This document shows, piece by piece, positions 20,408 to 29,518 of a stretch of DNA of 64,000 nucleotides; position 1 is the first letter of the stretch; every line of letters begins with the position of its first letter. The notes under the pieces are model-generated. The model did not search any database. It saw nothing but the letters and a program-made list of their open reading frames with translations, and was not told the origin of the DNA. The translations under genes and the position numbers were made by a program. The DNA is from an uncultured cyanobacterium (GTDB taxonomy: Bacteria; Cyanobacteriota; Cyanobacteriia; PCC-9006; JAAUQQ01): the NCBI GenBank assembly GCA_963718615.1, contig OY970368.1:5312001-5376000 (forward strand), written 5' to 3'.

Positions 20408-20962
20408 TTATGTAGAGAAACTTTCTCCGGGGCGATCGGCCTCGTACAACCCCGATTTGCCGCCGAGCTTGCGCACCAAGCGGATTCGTTCAATGGTCAT
20501 CGATTTTTCCAGCGCCTTGGCCATGTCATAGAGCGTTAACGCCGCCACGCTCACCGCCGTTAGGGCCTCCATCTCCACACCCGTTTCCGCATGGGTCTTC
20601 ACCGTGGCTTCAATGCGATACCCCGGCAAGTTTGGTTCGGGAGTAATGTTGACTGCAATTTTTTTGAGCGGTAGGGGATGGCACAAAGGAATCAGATGGG
20701 CGGTTTGCTTGGCGGCCATCATTCCCGCGAGTCGGGCTGTGCCAATCACATCCCCTTTGGGGGCATTGCCTGACTCGATCGCCTGGAGGGTTTCAGGCTG
20801 CATCCGGAGGTAGCCCTCGGCGATCGCCTCCCGCGCCGTCACCGCCTTGGCCGAAACATCCACCATTTGGGCCGTTCCCTGAGCATCGAGGTGGCTGAGT
20901 GGCGGTCCCTCGTCCGGAAAATTTGTGGAGAAATTTGTAGAGAAATTAGAAATTGGTTGCAT
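20408..20962 (-). CDS. moaC: Cyclic pyranopterin monophosphate synthase
   Basis: LSHLD...[15 protein letters not shown] and [12 protein letters not shown] motifs. Confidence 0.97.
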   Translation of the reverse strand: MQPISNFSTNFSTNFPDEGPPLSHLDAQGTAQMVDVSAKAVTAREAIAEGYLRMQPETLQAIESGNAPKGDVIGTARLAGMMAAKQTAHLIPLCHPLPLKKIAVNITPEPNLPGYRIEATVKTHAETGVEMEALTAVSVAALTLYDMAKALEKSMTIERIRLVRKLGGKSGLYEADRPGESFST

Positions 20963-21000
20963 CCTGCACCCTATCCTGTGCTATTGTAGGAACGCGTTGA

Positions 21001-21074
21001 GGGCTTGTAGCTCAGTGGATTAGAGCATCTGACTACGGATCAGAGGGTCGGGGGTTCGAATCCCTCCAAGCCCG
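21001..21074 (+). tRNA. tRNA-Arg (anticodon ACG)
   Basis: GGGCTTG/CAAGCCC acceptor stem, anticodon arm TCTGA-CTACGGA-TCAGA and T-loop GTTCGAATC. Confidence 0.97.
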
Positions 21075-21091
21075 TTAAAACACCTCCCATT

Positions 21092-21132
21092 AAAACTCCT
21101 TAGAGTAAGCTTACGCTGCTTCGAGGAGTTTT
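21092..21132. terminator. Probable bidirectional terminator between the tRNA and the convergent MFS gene
   Basis: AAAACTCCT...AGGAGTTTT inverted repeat. Confidence 0.55.
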
Positions 21133-21147
21133 GTTTTGGGACCCTGG

Positions 21148-22389
21148 TTATCTCACCAGTTCTCTCACCGCGTAGGAATCTTCACCCTGACCCAGGGCGT
21201 AGCGCAGGGAATGGCCCAGGCTTTTACCGGATTGGGTGACAAATAGGGCCAAGGCCAAAAGCACCATCACCGCTGTAATGGCAAAGAGTGGGCGATAGCC
21301 GAGCTGATTGGCGACTTGGCCGAAGAGGGGGGCGGCGATCGCTCCCCCCAGATCCAATCCCAGCAAACACACCCCAAAAATCCGTCCCCGTTCTTCCGGG
21401 CGCGAGCGATCGGCCAACATCGCCGCCAGCATGGGAATCAGCAGGCCAAACCCTCCCCCTTCGATCGCCGCTGCCACGAGAAAGGCCTGGGGCGTCTGGG
21501 CCAAAAACAACAGGACCATGGCAATGCCGTAGGCCACAATCCCCAGGGTCATAAACAGCCCCCGGCCAAACCGCCGCGACGCCGTTCCTGCCACCAGCCG
21601 CATAATAAAGCCCATCATGGCAGCGGTACTAAAAAACAGACCGGCTGAGAGGGCAATCTGCTCAGACTTAAGGTACAGAGCTGTGAACGTCATCAGATTG
21701 CCAAAGGCCAGCCCCAGTAGCAGCATCACAACGGTCGGCACCCACACCGCCGGAGCCCGCAGCAGCCCCCAAAAGGCCAGTTTCTGACCCGCAGCATTTT
21801 GAGTCAATTGGGTTTGGTTGACTTCCTGCACCCGCAACGAGAGCAAAAACCCCAATCCCCCCAGAACACTCGCTGTCCAAAACAGGGGGGGAAATCCTAG
21901 AGTTTCGAGGAGAACGCTCCCCAAGGCTGGACCGATGGCCATGCCCACGGGGGTTGTTAGGCTCATGTAGCTAATCACCTCAGTTCGCACGGTCAGCGGC
22001 GCAATGTCGGCAACCAACGCAGAATAGGCCAGCGTCACCGCCGCGACGCTGAGGCCATGGAAAATCCGCGTGGCGAAGAGCAGGGGCAAGCTTTGCGTGA
22101 GCGCATAGCCCAGGGGGGCGATCGCCACCGCCGCCATCCCAATCAACAGCGCCGGTTTGCGTCCTCGGCGATCCGCCAGTTGTGCCAAGCGGGGCCGAAA
22201 CAGCAGCAACCCCACCGTAAACCCACCAATGACTTGACCCACCTGTCCCGGTGTTCCCCCAATGTGCTCAATGTAGAGCGGCAGTGTGGGCAAAAACAGC
22301 GTCAGGCTAGCCCAAAATAAAAGACTTGCTGCGAAAAGCGTCAGCAAGTTCCAACGTTGGGCAACGGAAAGTGCCCGAAAGCTATTCAA
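21148..22389 (-). CDS. MFS transporter
   Basis: LADRRGRK motif A and about 12 hydrophobic segments. Confidence 0.92.
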   Translation of the reverse strand: MNSFRALSVAQRWNLLTLFAASLLFWASLTLFLPTLPLYIEHIGGTPGQVGQVIGGFTVGLLLFRPRLAQLADRRGRKPALLIGMAAVAIAPLGYALTQSLPLLFATRIFHGLSVAAVTLAYSALVADIAPLTVRTEVISYMSLTTPVGMAIGPALGSVLLETLGFPPLFWTASVLGGLGFLLSLRVQEVNQTQLTQNAAGQKLAFWGLLRAPAVWVPTVVMLLLGLAFGNLMTFTALYLKSEQIALSAGLFFSTAAMMGFIMRLVAGTASRRFGRGLFMTLGIVAYGIAMVLLFLAQTPQAFLVAAAIEGGGFGLLIPMLAAMLADRSRPEERGRIFGVCLLGLDLGGAIAAPLFGQVANQLGYRPLFAITAVMVLLALALFVTQSGKSLGHSLRYALGQGEDSYAVRELVR

Positions 22390-22448
22390 AGTAGATTCCT
22401 CGTACCACGAACTCTTTTCCTATGATGGAACGTGGCCGAGGAAATCGC

Positions 22449-22500
22449 TAGTTCGGCGTCTAGTTCAGCGTCTAGTTCAACGTTTCGTTCAACGTCTAGT
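22449..22500. repeat. 12-bp tandem repeat
   Basis: About 4 copies of TAGTTC(A/G)(G/A)CGTC at the stop of the small gene. Confidence 0.8.
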
Positions 22501-22714
22501 AAGCCTGACGAGAGATCTGCTTCTCAACCAAAGCCTGAGTGTCGTGGAGCATCGTCGTGCGGCTGTCGCGGGGTTGACCCATGCTAGGAACGAGATTGCG
22601 GGCTTGAAGGGTCATGTGGAGCTGGAGTTCGGCCACGTAGTCGGCAAAGTTCTCACGCTGCTGAGCGGGACTGGTGGACTGTGCCTGGACGGTGTTCATC
22701 ATGCTGTTAGCCAT
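22496..22714 (-). CDS. Small hypothetical protein (72 aa)
   Basis: ATG-started ORF filling the gap; the ELQLHMTLQARNLVP motif resembles a conserved cyanobacterial small protein (from recollection). Confidence 0.7.
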   Translation of the reverse strand: MANSMMNTVQAQSTSPAQQRENFADYVAELQLHMTLQARNLVPSMGQPRDSRTTMLHDTQALVEKQISRQAY

Positions 22715-22852
22715 AAGGATAACGTTGACCTATTAGAGCGGCTTATGAATCGCATCACTCTACAGAGATATCATAGCGATCTAAAGGGGTTTAGACTTTG
22801 CAACGAAGCGTAATGATTGTTCCCACCCTTACAAGGTGTTCGAACAAGGGTT

Positions 22853-25033
22853 CTACCCCGCGAGAAACTGCTCCATCCAGCCCTGAACCAAGTCGCGGCG
22901 CTCTACATCGCTCCAGGTCAGCCAAGTGTCCAGTGTGACTTGGGCGGTTACCCAATCCACCAGTGGCCAGAGCTCTTCGTCGAGCTCCTGTTTGAAGCGA
23001 TCGGGACTGCTGAACATAAACCGGGATTTTTTCTCGGTCATGCGGGCGAGAAATTTTGTACGGAGGTAGTAGGGGCTTTTGAGTTTGAGGGCGAAGCTGC
23101 CGTCCCCGAGGCGAATCATGAAGCCTTCGTGGTTGACCGTGCGGACTTGGGCGATCGCCTCCCCAAACGTCCCCTCAAACCAATGGGGACGAGCCACCTG
23201 AAGGGTTGTCGCCGCTACATCCAAATCCGCTTCGGGATAGAACTCCGCAATGTGCAAGGGCTGTGGGTTGAGCCTCTGCGAAGCCTGCCCTGCCCCAATC
23301 AAATGCAGCCCTTCCTGGTCTTTGGAATACTGGATAATGTGGGGGTCGTCCTGATGAATGGCTTCCCACAGGAGCGTTACGCCTGGATGTGCCCGCAACC
23401 AGCCGATAACTCTGCCATAGAGACCCTCTCGATACAGCAAGGCTTTGGCCCGCTCCACATATTCCCCTTCAAACGAGCCGGAGCAAGTCACAACCACTTC
23501 GCTGGGATGGTAGGGATGCAAAAAGGTCGTAACCAAAAAGCCATTGAGTTTTTCAATCGCCGTTACGGGTTTATCGAGCGGCAGCGTCGTCCCTTGTTCC
23601 CTATAGTTGAACGTGCGGGGAAAGGGAAAGCTAATGGGTTCGCCATGGAGACCCACGACCACCCCCCGCGCCAGTTTGAGCTCTGGGTGACGTTCCCAGG
23701 CAGACGCGGTGTAAAAGGCTCTGGAGGTGTATTTATACAGGGTTAAAGGCCCAGCGTTGACCCGTTTAACCAGTTTGTGGCCCACTAGATTTTCGAGGCG
23801 ATCGGCCAGACTTGCGGGCTTTTTGCTATAGTCAAATCCACAAGGCATTCGAACAATGGTTTCCTCAGGCAGTTGCAAGGCCACCAACGGCCCCCCAAAG
23901 CCTGCGCCTTCTTCCAGGGAATAAATGCGATTGGCTTTGCCTAGCTCCGTAGGCTCCTCTGGCGAGGTCAGGGGGATATGACCCCGCACCAAACCCAGCG
24001 TGGAAGTTTGCCGAAAAACGCTATCCGTATCGTGGCTTTCGTTGACTCGGCAACGACCATAGACCCGATCATGGCCCGGTTGCAGGAGGGGATCAAACCA
24101 CTCAATATCGCCGTGACACAGCACGCGGTTCTGGTAGCGGTAGAACGTGGGCAGGTTGCTAATAAACCGAATTAGGGTTTGCCGCTGAGCTTCGGTTTGC
24201 TGAAGGGCGAAGTGGAGGGTTTCTCGGGTGGCGCGCGATCGCACATTCTCCCCCCGCAACCCTCGCAGCAGATTATGGTCATGGTTTCCCCGCAGGCAGT
24301 AGTGACCCTGGCTCACTGCTGCCATAACCCGATCGAGAACCTCTAAGGACTGGGGACCGCGATCGACTAGATCTCCCAAAAAGCAGAGCTTCCGTCCCTG
24401 GGGATGCTGGAAGCTTTCGTCATAGCCCAGTTGCGTGAGCAAAGCCCTGAGACCATCGGCCAGTCCATGGACATCGCCAATCACATCCAGCAGCGTTTCG
24501 TCTGGAATCGTGGGAATCTGGGGTTCTAGGACAATGCCCGAGGGGATGCATTGATATGGCCAGCGAGAATCCCGCTGCAGCCGATTGAGAAATTGAGTTA
24601 AGACGCCATCGGGCACGGCACAGCGACGGTTTTGATTTTGGCGACGGAGCTGATCTTCTGGTAAGTCAAAGATGATGACTTGAATCGGTACGCCTAGAGT
24701 TTCCGCAATTTCAGCGAAGGGTTTGCGTTCTTTGTCGCTAATCAGGGTTGCATCGACAATGGTGGTTAGGCCCGCTTTGAGACGCGATCGCACCACCTGT
24801 CCCATCACCGAAAATACCAGTCCATCATCCACCGCTAGGGGGCGCTCGGCCACCTGGCCATCGACCACTGCCGGTCCCATGCCAAAAAAGCGACTGCGAT
24901 AGTCATCGCTAGAGACGATGAGGGAAGGTGGCAGGGCTGCACAGGCTGTACTTTTGCCGCAACCGGGTGGTCCAGATAACAGCACGAGACAACCCAGGGG
25001 GATCGGTAGGGTTTGGGTGGAAAACGGATACAT
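22853..25033 (-). CDS. Trifunctional RNA-repair enzyme: polynucleotide kinase + metallophosphoesterase + Rnl1-type RNA ligase
   Basis: P-loop GPPGCGKST, SDDYR and IVDAT; phosphoesterase GDVHG, GDLVDRG, GNHD and GHIP; ligase LYKY, ARG, FPRTFNY, EKLNG, EGFMI and KLKSPYY. Confidence 0.85.
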   Translation of the reverse strand: MYPFSTQTLPIPLGCLVLLSGPPGCGKSTACAALPPSLIVSSDDYRSRFFGMGPAVVDGQVAERPLAVDDGLVFSVMGQVVRSRLKAGLTTIVDATLISDKERKPFAEIAETLGVPIQVIIFDLPEDQLRRQNQNRRCAVPDGVLTQFLNRLQRDSRWPYQCIPSGIVLEPQIPTIPDETLLDVIGDVHGLADGLRALLTQLGYDESFQHPQGRKLCFLGDLVDRGPQSLEVLDRVMAAVSQGHYCLRGNHDHNLLRGLRGENVRSRATRETLHFALQQTEAQRQTLIRFISNLPTFYRYQNRVLCHGDIEWFDPLLQPGHDRVYGRCRVNESHDTDSVFRQTSTLGLVRGHIPLTSPEEPTELGKANRIYSLEEGAGFGGPLVALQLPEETIVRMPCGFDYSKKPASLADRLENLVGHKLVKRVNAGPLTLYKYTSRAFYTASAWERHPELKLARGVVVGLHGEPISFPFPRTFNYREQGTTLPLDKPVTAIEKLNGFLVTTFLHPYHPSEVVVTCSGSFEGEYVERAKALLYREGLYGRVIGWLRAHPGVTLLWEAIHQDDPHIIQYSKDQEGLHLIGAGQASQRLNPQPLHIAEFYPEADLDVAATTLQVARPHWFEGTFGEAIAQVRTVNHEGFMIRLGDGSFALKLKSPYYLRTKFLARMTEKKSRFMFSSPDRFKQELDEELWPLVDWVTAQVTLDTWLTWSDVERRDLVQGWMEQFLAG

Positions 25034-25205
25034 GATTTTATTATCGCTTGAACTTTTAGTTTTCCCGCCTGACCCTGATCTGAAAACGAGAATTTCTAAA
25101 GATTAGATCTTAGCTTGAGAAGTCTGGGAACAAAACCTGGGAATAATCATACAGAAGTCAGAGCAGTCTAAACCCTGCACGTTAATAACAGTGTCGTTCA
25201 AAACC

Positions 25206-26156
25206 ATGCATCAAAATTCTCAGTTTAATCAGACTCAGTTTAATCAGACTCTGCGGTCTCACCCACTCAAATTGATCAACCGCCGAACGTTCCTCTTCGG
25301 TTCGGGGATGGTGTTAGCTCGATCTGTGACCTTGCCCTTCCAGCTCACTCCACCCATCAATGTCTCTCTGGCATCCCAACCCAGCCCACTCCCCGTGGAG
25401 CGAATCACCGTCGCGGGGGGCGTACCGTTGTATCGAACGATGGTTGATCTACAGGATCCGGAAGTCTTCCTGAGTATTGGCCTTGCAAACAATGCCACTC
25501 AGGCCAATAGCAGTCAGTTTTCTGCGGGTGATGAAGCGTTCTCGTCATTGATTCGGCGCTATCCGGCAGCGGCTTTACTAACGGGTACCTTTTTTAGCAA
25601 GGATGCTCAGAAACGAGTCATGGGCAACATGGTTGCGGCGGGTCGCTTTCTGAAATATAGCCAGTGGGAAAACTATGGCACCACCCTGGGAATCCGGGCA
25701 GATAAACGGCTGGAAATGCGAACGGCTCGGGTGGAAGGCAAGCCGGAATGGGACAAGCATTGGTTTTCGCTGACCTGTGGACCTCGGTTGCTCAAGCAAG
25801 GCCAGGTGTGGATTTCGCCGAAGAGCGAGGGATTTAGCGATCCTCATGTTTTGGGTGTAGGGGCAAGAACAGCGGTTGGTTTTCCCAAGAGTGCCAATAA
25901 ACTTGTCTTTGCAACGTTCCTCAAACCCTTATCGCTCCAAGCGGAGGCCAATGCCATGAAAGCACTCGGCTGCTACGAGGCGATGAATTTGGATGGGGGT
26001 GCCTCTGTCGCCTTGGCCCACCGAGGTAAGGTCTTGGTAGAGGCCGGTCGGCGGTTGACGAATCTGGTGGTGGTTTATGATGTGAACCATCCGGCTCCCC
26101 AGGCGGTGAAGGAGGCGTGGCGGCGGTTTCAGGGGGAGGGGAAGGCGATCGCTTGA
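25206..26156 (+). CDS. Phosphodiester glycosidase (NAGPA/DUF2233) family protein, probably Tat-exported
   Basis: NRRTFL twin-arginine motif; GPRLL, RTAVG and AMNLDGGAS motifs. Confidence 0.88.
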   Translation: MHQNSQFNQTQFNQTLRSHPLKLINRRTFLFGSGMVLARSVTLPFQLTPPINVSLASQPSPLPVERITVAGGVPLYRTMVDLQDPEVFLSIGLANNATQANSSQFSAGDEAFSSLIRRYPAAALLTGTFFSKDAQKRVMGNMVAAGRFLKYSQWENYGTTLGIRADKRLEMRTARVEGKPEWDKHWFSLTCGPRLLKQGQVWISPKSEGFSDPHVLGVGARTAVGFPKSANKLVFATFLKPLSLQAEANAMKALGCYEAMNLDGGASVALAHRGKVLVEAGRRLTNLVVVYDVNHPAPQAVKEAWRRFQGEGKAIA

Positions 26157-26244
26157 TAATTTAGCGCTGACTTGTGTCTTGCGATCGGGCAATGGTTGAG
26201 GCATTGCGGTTCAATTGCAGGGGGATCCTGTGTTGGAAGAATGA
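26154..26244 (+). pseudogene. Collapsed HNH nuclease relic
   Basis: Three stitched segments match the HNH gene at 29215-32302: DNLAL.C, the AIG..VEAL.FN region, and GDPVLEE*. Confidence 0.75.
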
Positions 26245-26412
26245 TTGTTTGGGTGAGGTAATTGGCTTCGCCTAGCTCCGAAGGATCGCTTTTGGGAGGG
26301 CAGGCGATCGCCCCCAAGCCCGCGATAGACTTGAGGGGAGGCGCGATCTTTTCCCCCTAATCTAAACTCCCCATGCAAGTCACGATTGATATCCCTGAAT
26401 CCCTGGCAGAAC
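26245..26412 (+). repeat. Linker repeat R, copy 1 (upstream region plus first codons MQVTIDIPESLAE)
   Basis: Diverged copy of 28193-28360 and 32303-32448. Confidence 0.9.
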
Positions 26413-26447
26413 AGCCTGACCCTAAGATGACTGATTAGAATAGACCC

Positions 26448-27077
26448 ATGTTAAATGCTGGCGTTTTGACGTTTCGAGAATTTGCGATGGGTGAGCAGTT
26501 GCCGCTGGCGGTGATTCAGGAGGCGGTGCTGGAATTTTTGCAAGGCCGCGATGATGTCGTGGTCTTCGGAGCCCAGGCTGTCAATGCCTGGGTGAATGAG
26601 CCCCGGATGACTCAAGAGATGGAGCTATTTGCCCTGGAAGCAGGCAGTCTTGCCGAAGAAATCTGTAGCTACCTGAATGATAAGTTTCAGATTGCAGTGC
26701 GAGTTAGGGAGGTGAAGACTAAGCTGGGCTATCGAGTTTACCAACTCCAGAAACTTGGCAATCGGCATTTGGTTGACATTAGAGCGATTGAGAGGCTTCC
26801 TATTGCAGAGCGGATTGAGCAAGTTTTAGTCATGGCTCCGGCTGAGCTGCTGGCCTACAAAGTGATGGCCTATTATCGGCGACGGGGCAAGCCTAAGGCA
26901 GGTACAGACTGGCGGGATATTGCCATGCTGCTGTTGACGTTTCCACAGTTTCAGGAAGACCCAACATTGGTGACGGAGCGATTGGCGGTAGCGCAGGCAA
27001 CGCCTGAGATGATTGAATTGTGGGAAAAGTTGTCCCAGCAAGTATTTGAGCCAATTGATGAAGGTGAGGATTTTTGA
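26448..27077 (+). CDS. Nucleotidyltransferase-fold protein (AbiEii-like)
   Basis: FGAQAVNAW..EPRMTQ, K-V-M-A and D-W-R-D motifs. The expected DxD reads EME. Confidence 0.7.
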   Translation: MLNAGVLTFREFAMGEQLPLAVIQEAVLEFLQGRDDVVVFGAQAVNAWVNEPRMTQEMELFALEAGSLAEEICSYLNDKFQIAVRVREVKTKLGYRVYQLQKLGNRHLVDIRAIERLPIAERIEQVLVMAPAELLAYKVMAYYRRRGKPKAGTDWRDIAMLLLTFPQFQEDPTLVTERLAVAQATPEMIELWEKLSQQVFEPIDEGEDF

Positions 27078-27191
27078 GAGAGACCGAGCAGCCTATTGCA
27101 TCAGGGCAGTAGCTAGCATTATCTGCTGAATAACAGGGGTAAAATGGTGCTAAATCCTTATTTGCAACTCTATATTTTGGAGATACGATTG

Positions 27192-27614
27192 ATGCAGACT
27201 CATTCTATAACAATTGAGCTACCCCCAGCTGTGTTCCAGCAGCTTGAGCAGATAGCGGTTGTGACACAGCAGCCAATTGAACAGTTGGTGATACAAAGCG
27301 TGGCCAATAATTTGCCACCGATGCCAACCGTTAGCTCGATGGAGCTTCAGCGGGAGTTGTTAGGTTTTCAGCAGCAGCCTTTAGAGCAGGTATTACAGGT
27401 TGCTAGGTCTGTGATGGATGAGGCGACTGGTCGGCGGCAGGCGGAACTGCTGGAGCGAAACCAGGATGAGCCATTAACGGCAGAGGAACAGCAGGAGCTG
27501 ACGGAGTTGCGGGAACTCGCGGATGGTCTGATGTTGCGGAAGGCTTATGCATGGGCAGTTTTGAAGTGGCGGGGATATCCGATTCCAGCTTTGAATAGTT
27601 TGCCAGTGGGCTAG
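27192..27614 (+). CDS. Small helical protein, putative antitoxin of the downstream HNH
   Basis: RHH-like N-terminus (ITIELP) and LLERNQ..LTAEEQQEL motif; 17 bp upstream of the HNH gene. Confidence 0.65.
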   Translation: MQTHSITIELPPAVFQQLEQIAVVTQQPIEQLVIQSVANNLPPMPTVSSMELQRELLGFQQQPLEQVLQVARSVMDEATGRRQAELLERNQDEPLTAEEQQELTELRELADGLMLRKAYAWAVLKWRGYPIPALNSLPVG

Positions 27615-27631
27615 GTGGGGACTGTAGGCAG

Positions 27632-28048
27632 ATGGCAATTTCGGATAGCTTGCGTCAGCAGGTGATGCAGCGGGCTGAGTTTCGGTGTGAGTACTGCAAA
27701 ACCTCTGTGCGGATCACGGGAACGCCTTTGGTGGTAGAGCATGTCTATCCGCGATCGCTAGGCGGTTCGGATTCTGCTGATAATTTGGCAGCAGCTTGTT
27801 ATCGTTGCAATGAGTTCAAGGGGGCAAGGATACAGACCATAGATCCGGAGTCGGGGCAGCTTGTGAGTCTATTTCACCCGCGAACTCAGGTTTGGATGGA
27901 GCATTTTGCTTGGGCCAATGGCGGGGTCTATGTGGTGGGTTTGACAGGGATGGGGCGTGCGACGGTGATGGCGTTGCGGATGAATAATGAGAATGTGGTG
28001 AATGCCAGGGCTCTTTGGGTTTTGAGTGGTTGGCATCCACCTGCTTGA
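27632..28048 (+). CDS. HNH endonuclease (intact)
   Basis: RCEYC, VEHVYPRSLGG, NLAAACYRCNEFKG, LFHPR and GRATV motifs. Confidence 0.92.
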   Translation: MAISDSLRQQVMQRAEFRCEYCKTSVRITGTPLVVEHVYPRSLGGSDSADNLAAACYRCNEFKGARIQTIDPESGQLVSLFHPRTQVWMEHFAWANGGVYVVGLTGMGRATVMALRMNNENVVNARALWVLSGWHPPA

Positions 28049-28077
28049 GGATGATTTTAGAGTGCTTGACGGAGTAG

Positions 28078-28190
28078 TGGCGGGTGCGGTGGTGGCCGGG
28101 TGTGCTGTCTTGGGTCCAGCAGGCGGAGCGGCGGCAGAATATTGTGTTGACGGTTGGGTTCAGAGCAAGACACCAGACTTGAAACATCTA
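28078..28190 (+). repeat. Linker repeat S, copy 1
   Basis: About 110 bp, clearly similar to 28799-28910 (shared GTCTTGGGT, GCAGGCGGAGC and TTGACGGTTGGGTT). Confidence 0.8.
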
Positions 28191-28192
28191 CT

Positions 28193-28360
28193 TTGTTTGG
28201 GTGAGGCGATTGGCTTCGCCTAGCTCCGAAGGATCGCTTTTTGGCGGGTAGGCGATCGCCCCCAACCCCGCGATACAATTGAGTGAAGGCGCGATATCTT
28301 CCTCCTAAGCACAACTCCCCATGCAAGTCACTATCGATATCCCTGAATCCCTGGCAGAAC
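28193..28360 (+). repeat. Linker repeat R, copy 2
   Basis: Full-length copy leading into the intact gene at 28321. Confidence 0.92.
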
Positions 28361-28677
28361 GGCTCAAGCCACACGCCGCGAGGCTCCCGGAAATCCTGGA
28401 GCGGGGTTTGTTGGAGGTGCAGTCAGAGGCTGTCAGTCCGTTTCATGGGGAGGCGGATATTATCTACCTGCTGGCAAGTCAACCTGACCCCAAGACGATT
28501 TTAGCGATTCGACCCTCGTCAGAATTGCAGTCACGGATGTCTGAGCTGTTGGCGGCAAAGAAACAGCGGGATTTGTCGCAAGATGAGCAAACGGAGCTGG
28601 AACGCTATTTTTGGCTGGAGCATTTGGTCAGATTGGCGAAGGGGAATACCTATCGTCAGCTTAAGTTGGCAGCATGA
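28321..28677 (+). CDS. Small protein, putative antitoxin
   Basis: MQVTIDIPESLAERL RHH-like start, LSQDEQTELERY..LEHLVRLAK; ATGA overlap with an HNH stub. Confidence 0.7.
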   Translation: MQVTIDIPESLAERLKPHAARLPEILERGLLEVQSEAVSPFHGEADIIYLLASQPDPKTILAIRPSSELQSRMSELLAAKKQRDLSQDEQTELERYFWLEHLVRLAKGNTYRQLKLAA

Positions 28678-28733
28678 GCTATGTTTCTGGTGCGCTTAAG
28701 CGGATAGTAACTGAGCGATCTGAGGAGAGCTGA
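28674..28733 (+). pseudogene. N-terminal stub of an HNH nuclease
   Basis: MSYVSGALKRIVTERS...* parallels the starts of the neighbouring HNH genes (MAISDSLRQQVMQRA and MAARSISDAMKAQVRARA). Confidence 0.65.
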
Positions 28734-28798
28734 GCGATTTCTTCAGGATGAGTGAATGCAGCAGAGTTGTATTAGCGTCTGAGTTGTTTGTTGCAGGC

Positions 28799-28910
28799 GG
28801 CGGGTACGGCGGTGGACGGATGTGTTGTCTTGGGTGAGGCAGGCGGAGCCGATAGCAAAATATTTTATTGACGGTTGGGTTTGGGACAAGGCGATAGAAT
28901 TGAAGTATCC
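28799..28910 (+). repeat. Linker repeat S, copy 2
   Basis: Similar to 28078-28190. Confidence 0.8.
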
Positions 28911-28932
28911 GTGCCCATTACTCCCGACTGTC

Positions 28933-29214
28933 ATGACATTGACGCTCTTACCCCCCCATTTGCATCAGTTACCTGCGTCTTTGCCCCTTGAGGGGGCTGT
29001 ACGAATTGATTTGCAGGAAGGGATTCCTATTTTTAAGGCATCTAGAGCTGTTCAGGAGCGGGTTCAGGCTCTCTTAGACCGCATGAAGAACATTGGGCTT
29101 TCTGAGGAGGAGGAGCTAGAGCTGGATCAATATGAAGAGATTGATAGCTACCTCAGTTTTGTGAATCGCCTGATTCGTAATCAGATGTTAATGCAGTCGC
29201 AACAAGCATCTTAG
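28933..29214 (+). CDS. Small protein, putative antitoxin
   Basis: LSEEEELELDQYEEIDSYLSFVNR motif; abuts the HNH start at 29215. Confidence 0.7.
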   Translation: MTLTLLPPHLHQLPASLPLEGAVRIDLQEGIPIFKASRAVQERVQALLDRMKNIGLSEEEELELDQYEEIDSYLSFVNRLIRNQMLMQSQQAS

Positions 29215-29518
29215 ATGGCTGCTCGAAGTATTTCAGACGCAATGAAGGCTCAGGTACGTGCCAGAGCGCAGGGTCTTTGTGAGTATTGTCATGCGGCGGA
29301 GCAGTGGCAGTATGTTGAATTTACGGTAGATCATGTGCTGCCTGTGTCGAAGGGCGGCAGTGATTTGGTGGACAATTTAGCGCTGGCTTGTTTTTACTGC
29401 AATCGCCGCAAGTTATCAAGTGTCAAGACATTTGCCTGTCGCGACAATTAGAAGGCGGGGAGCCCACTGAATTGGCAAAAGGAAATGAGAAGCGGCAATC
29501 TCAGGTCAAGACGACAAT

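Noticed and set aside
21001-21074. tRNA-Arg as the integration site of an island
   Set aside because: No convincing duplicate of the tRNA 3' end and no integrase seen; the flanking genes look like core genes.
22817-23746. 309-aa plus-strand ORF
   Set aside because: Antisense shadow of the ligase domain with no recognisable motifs.
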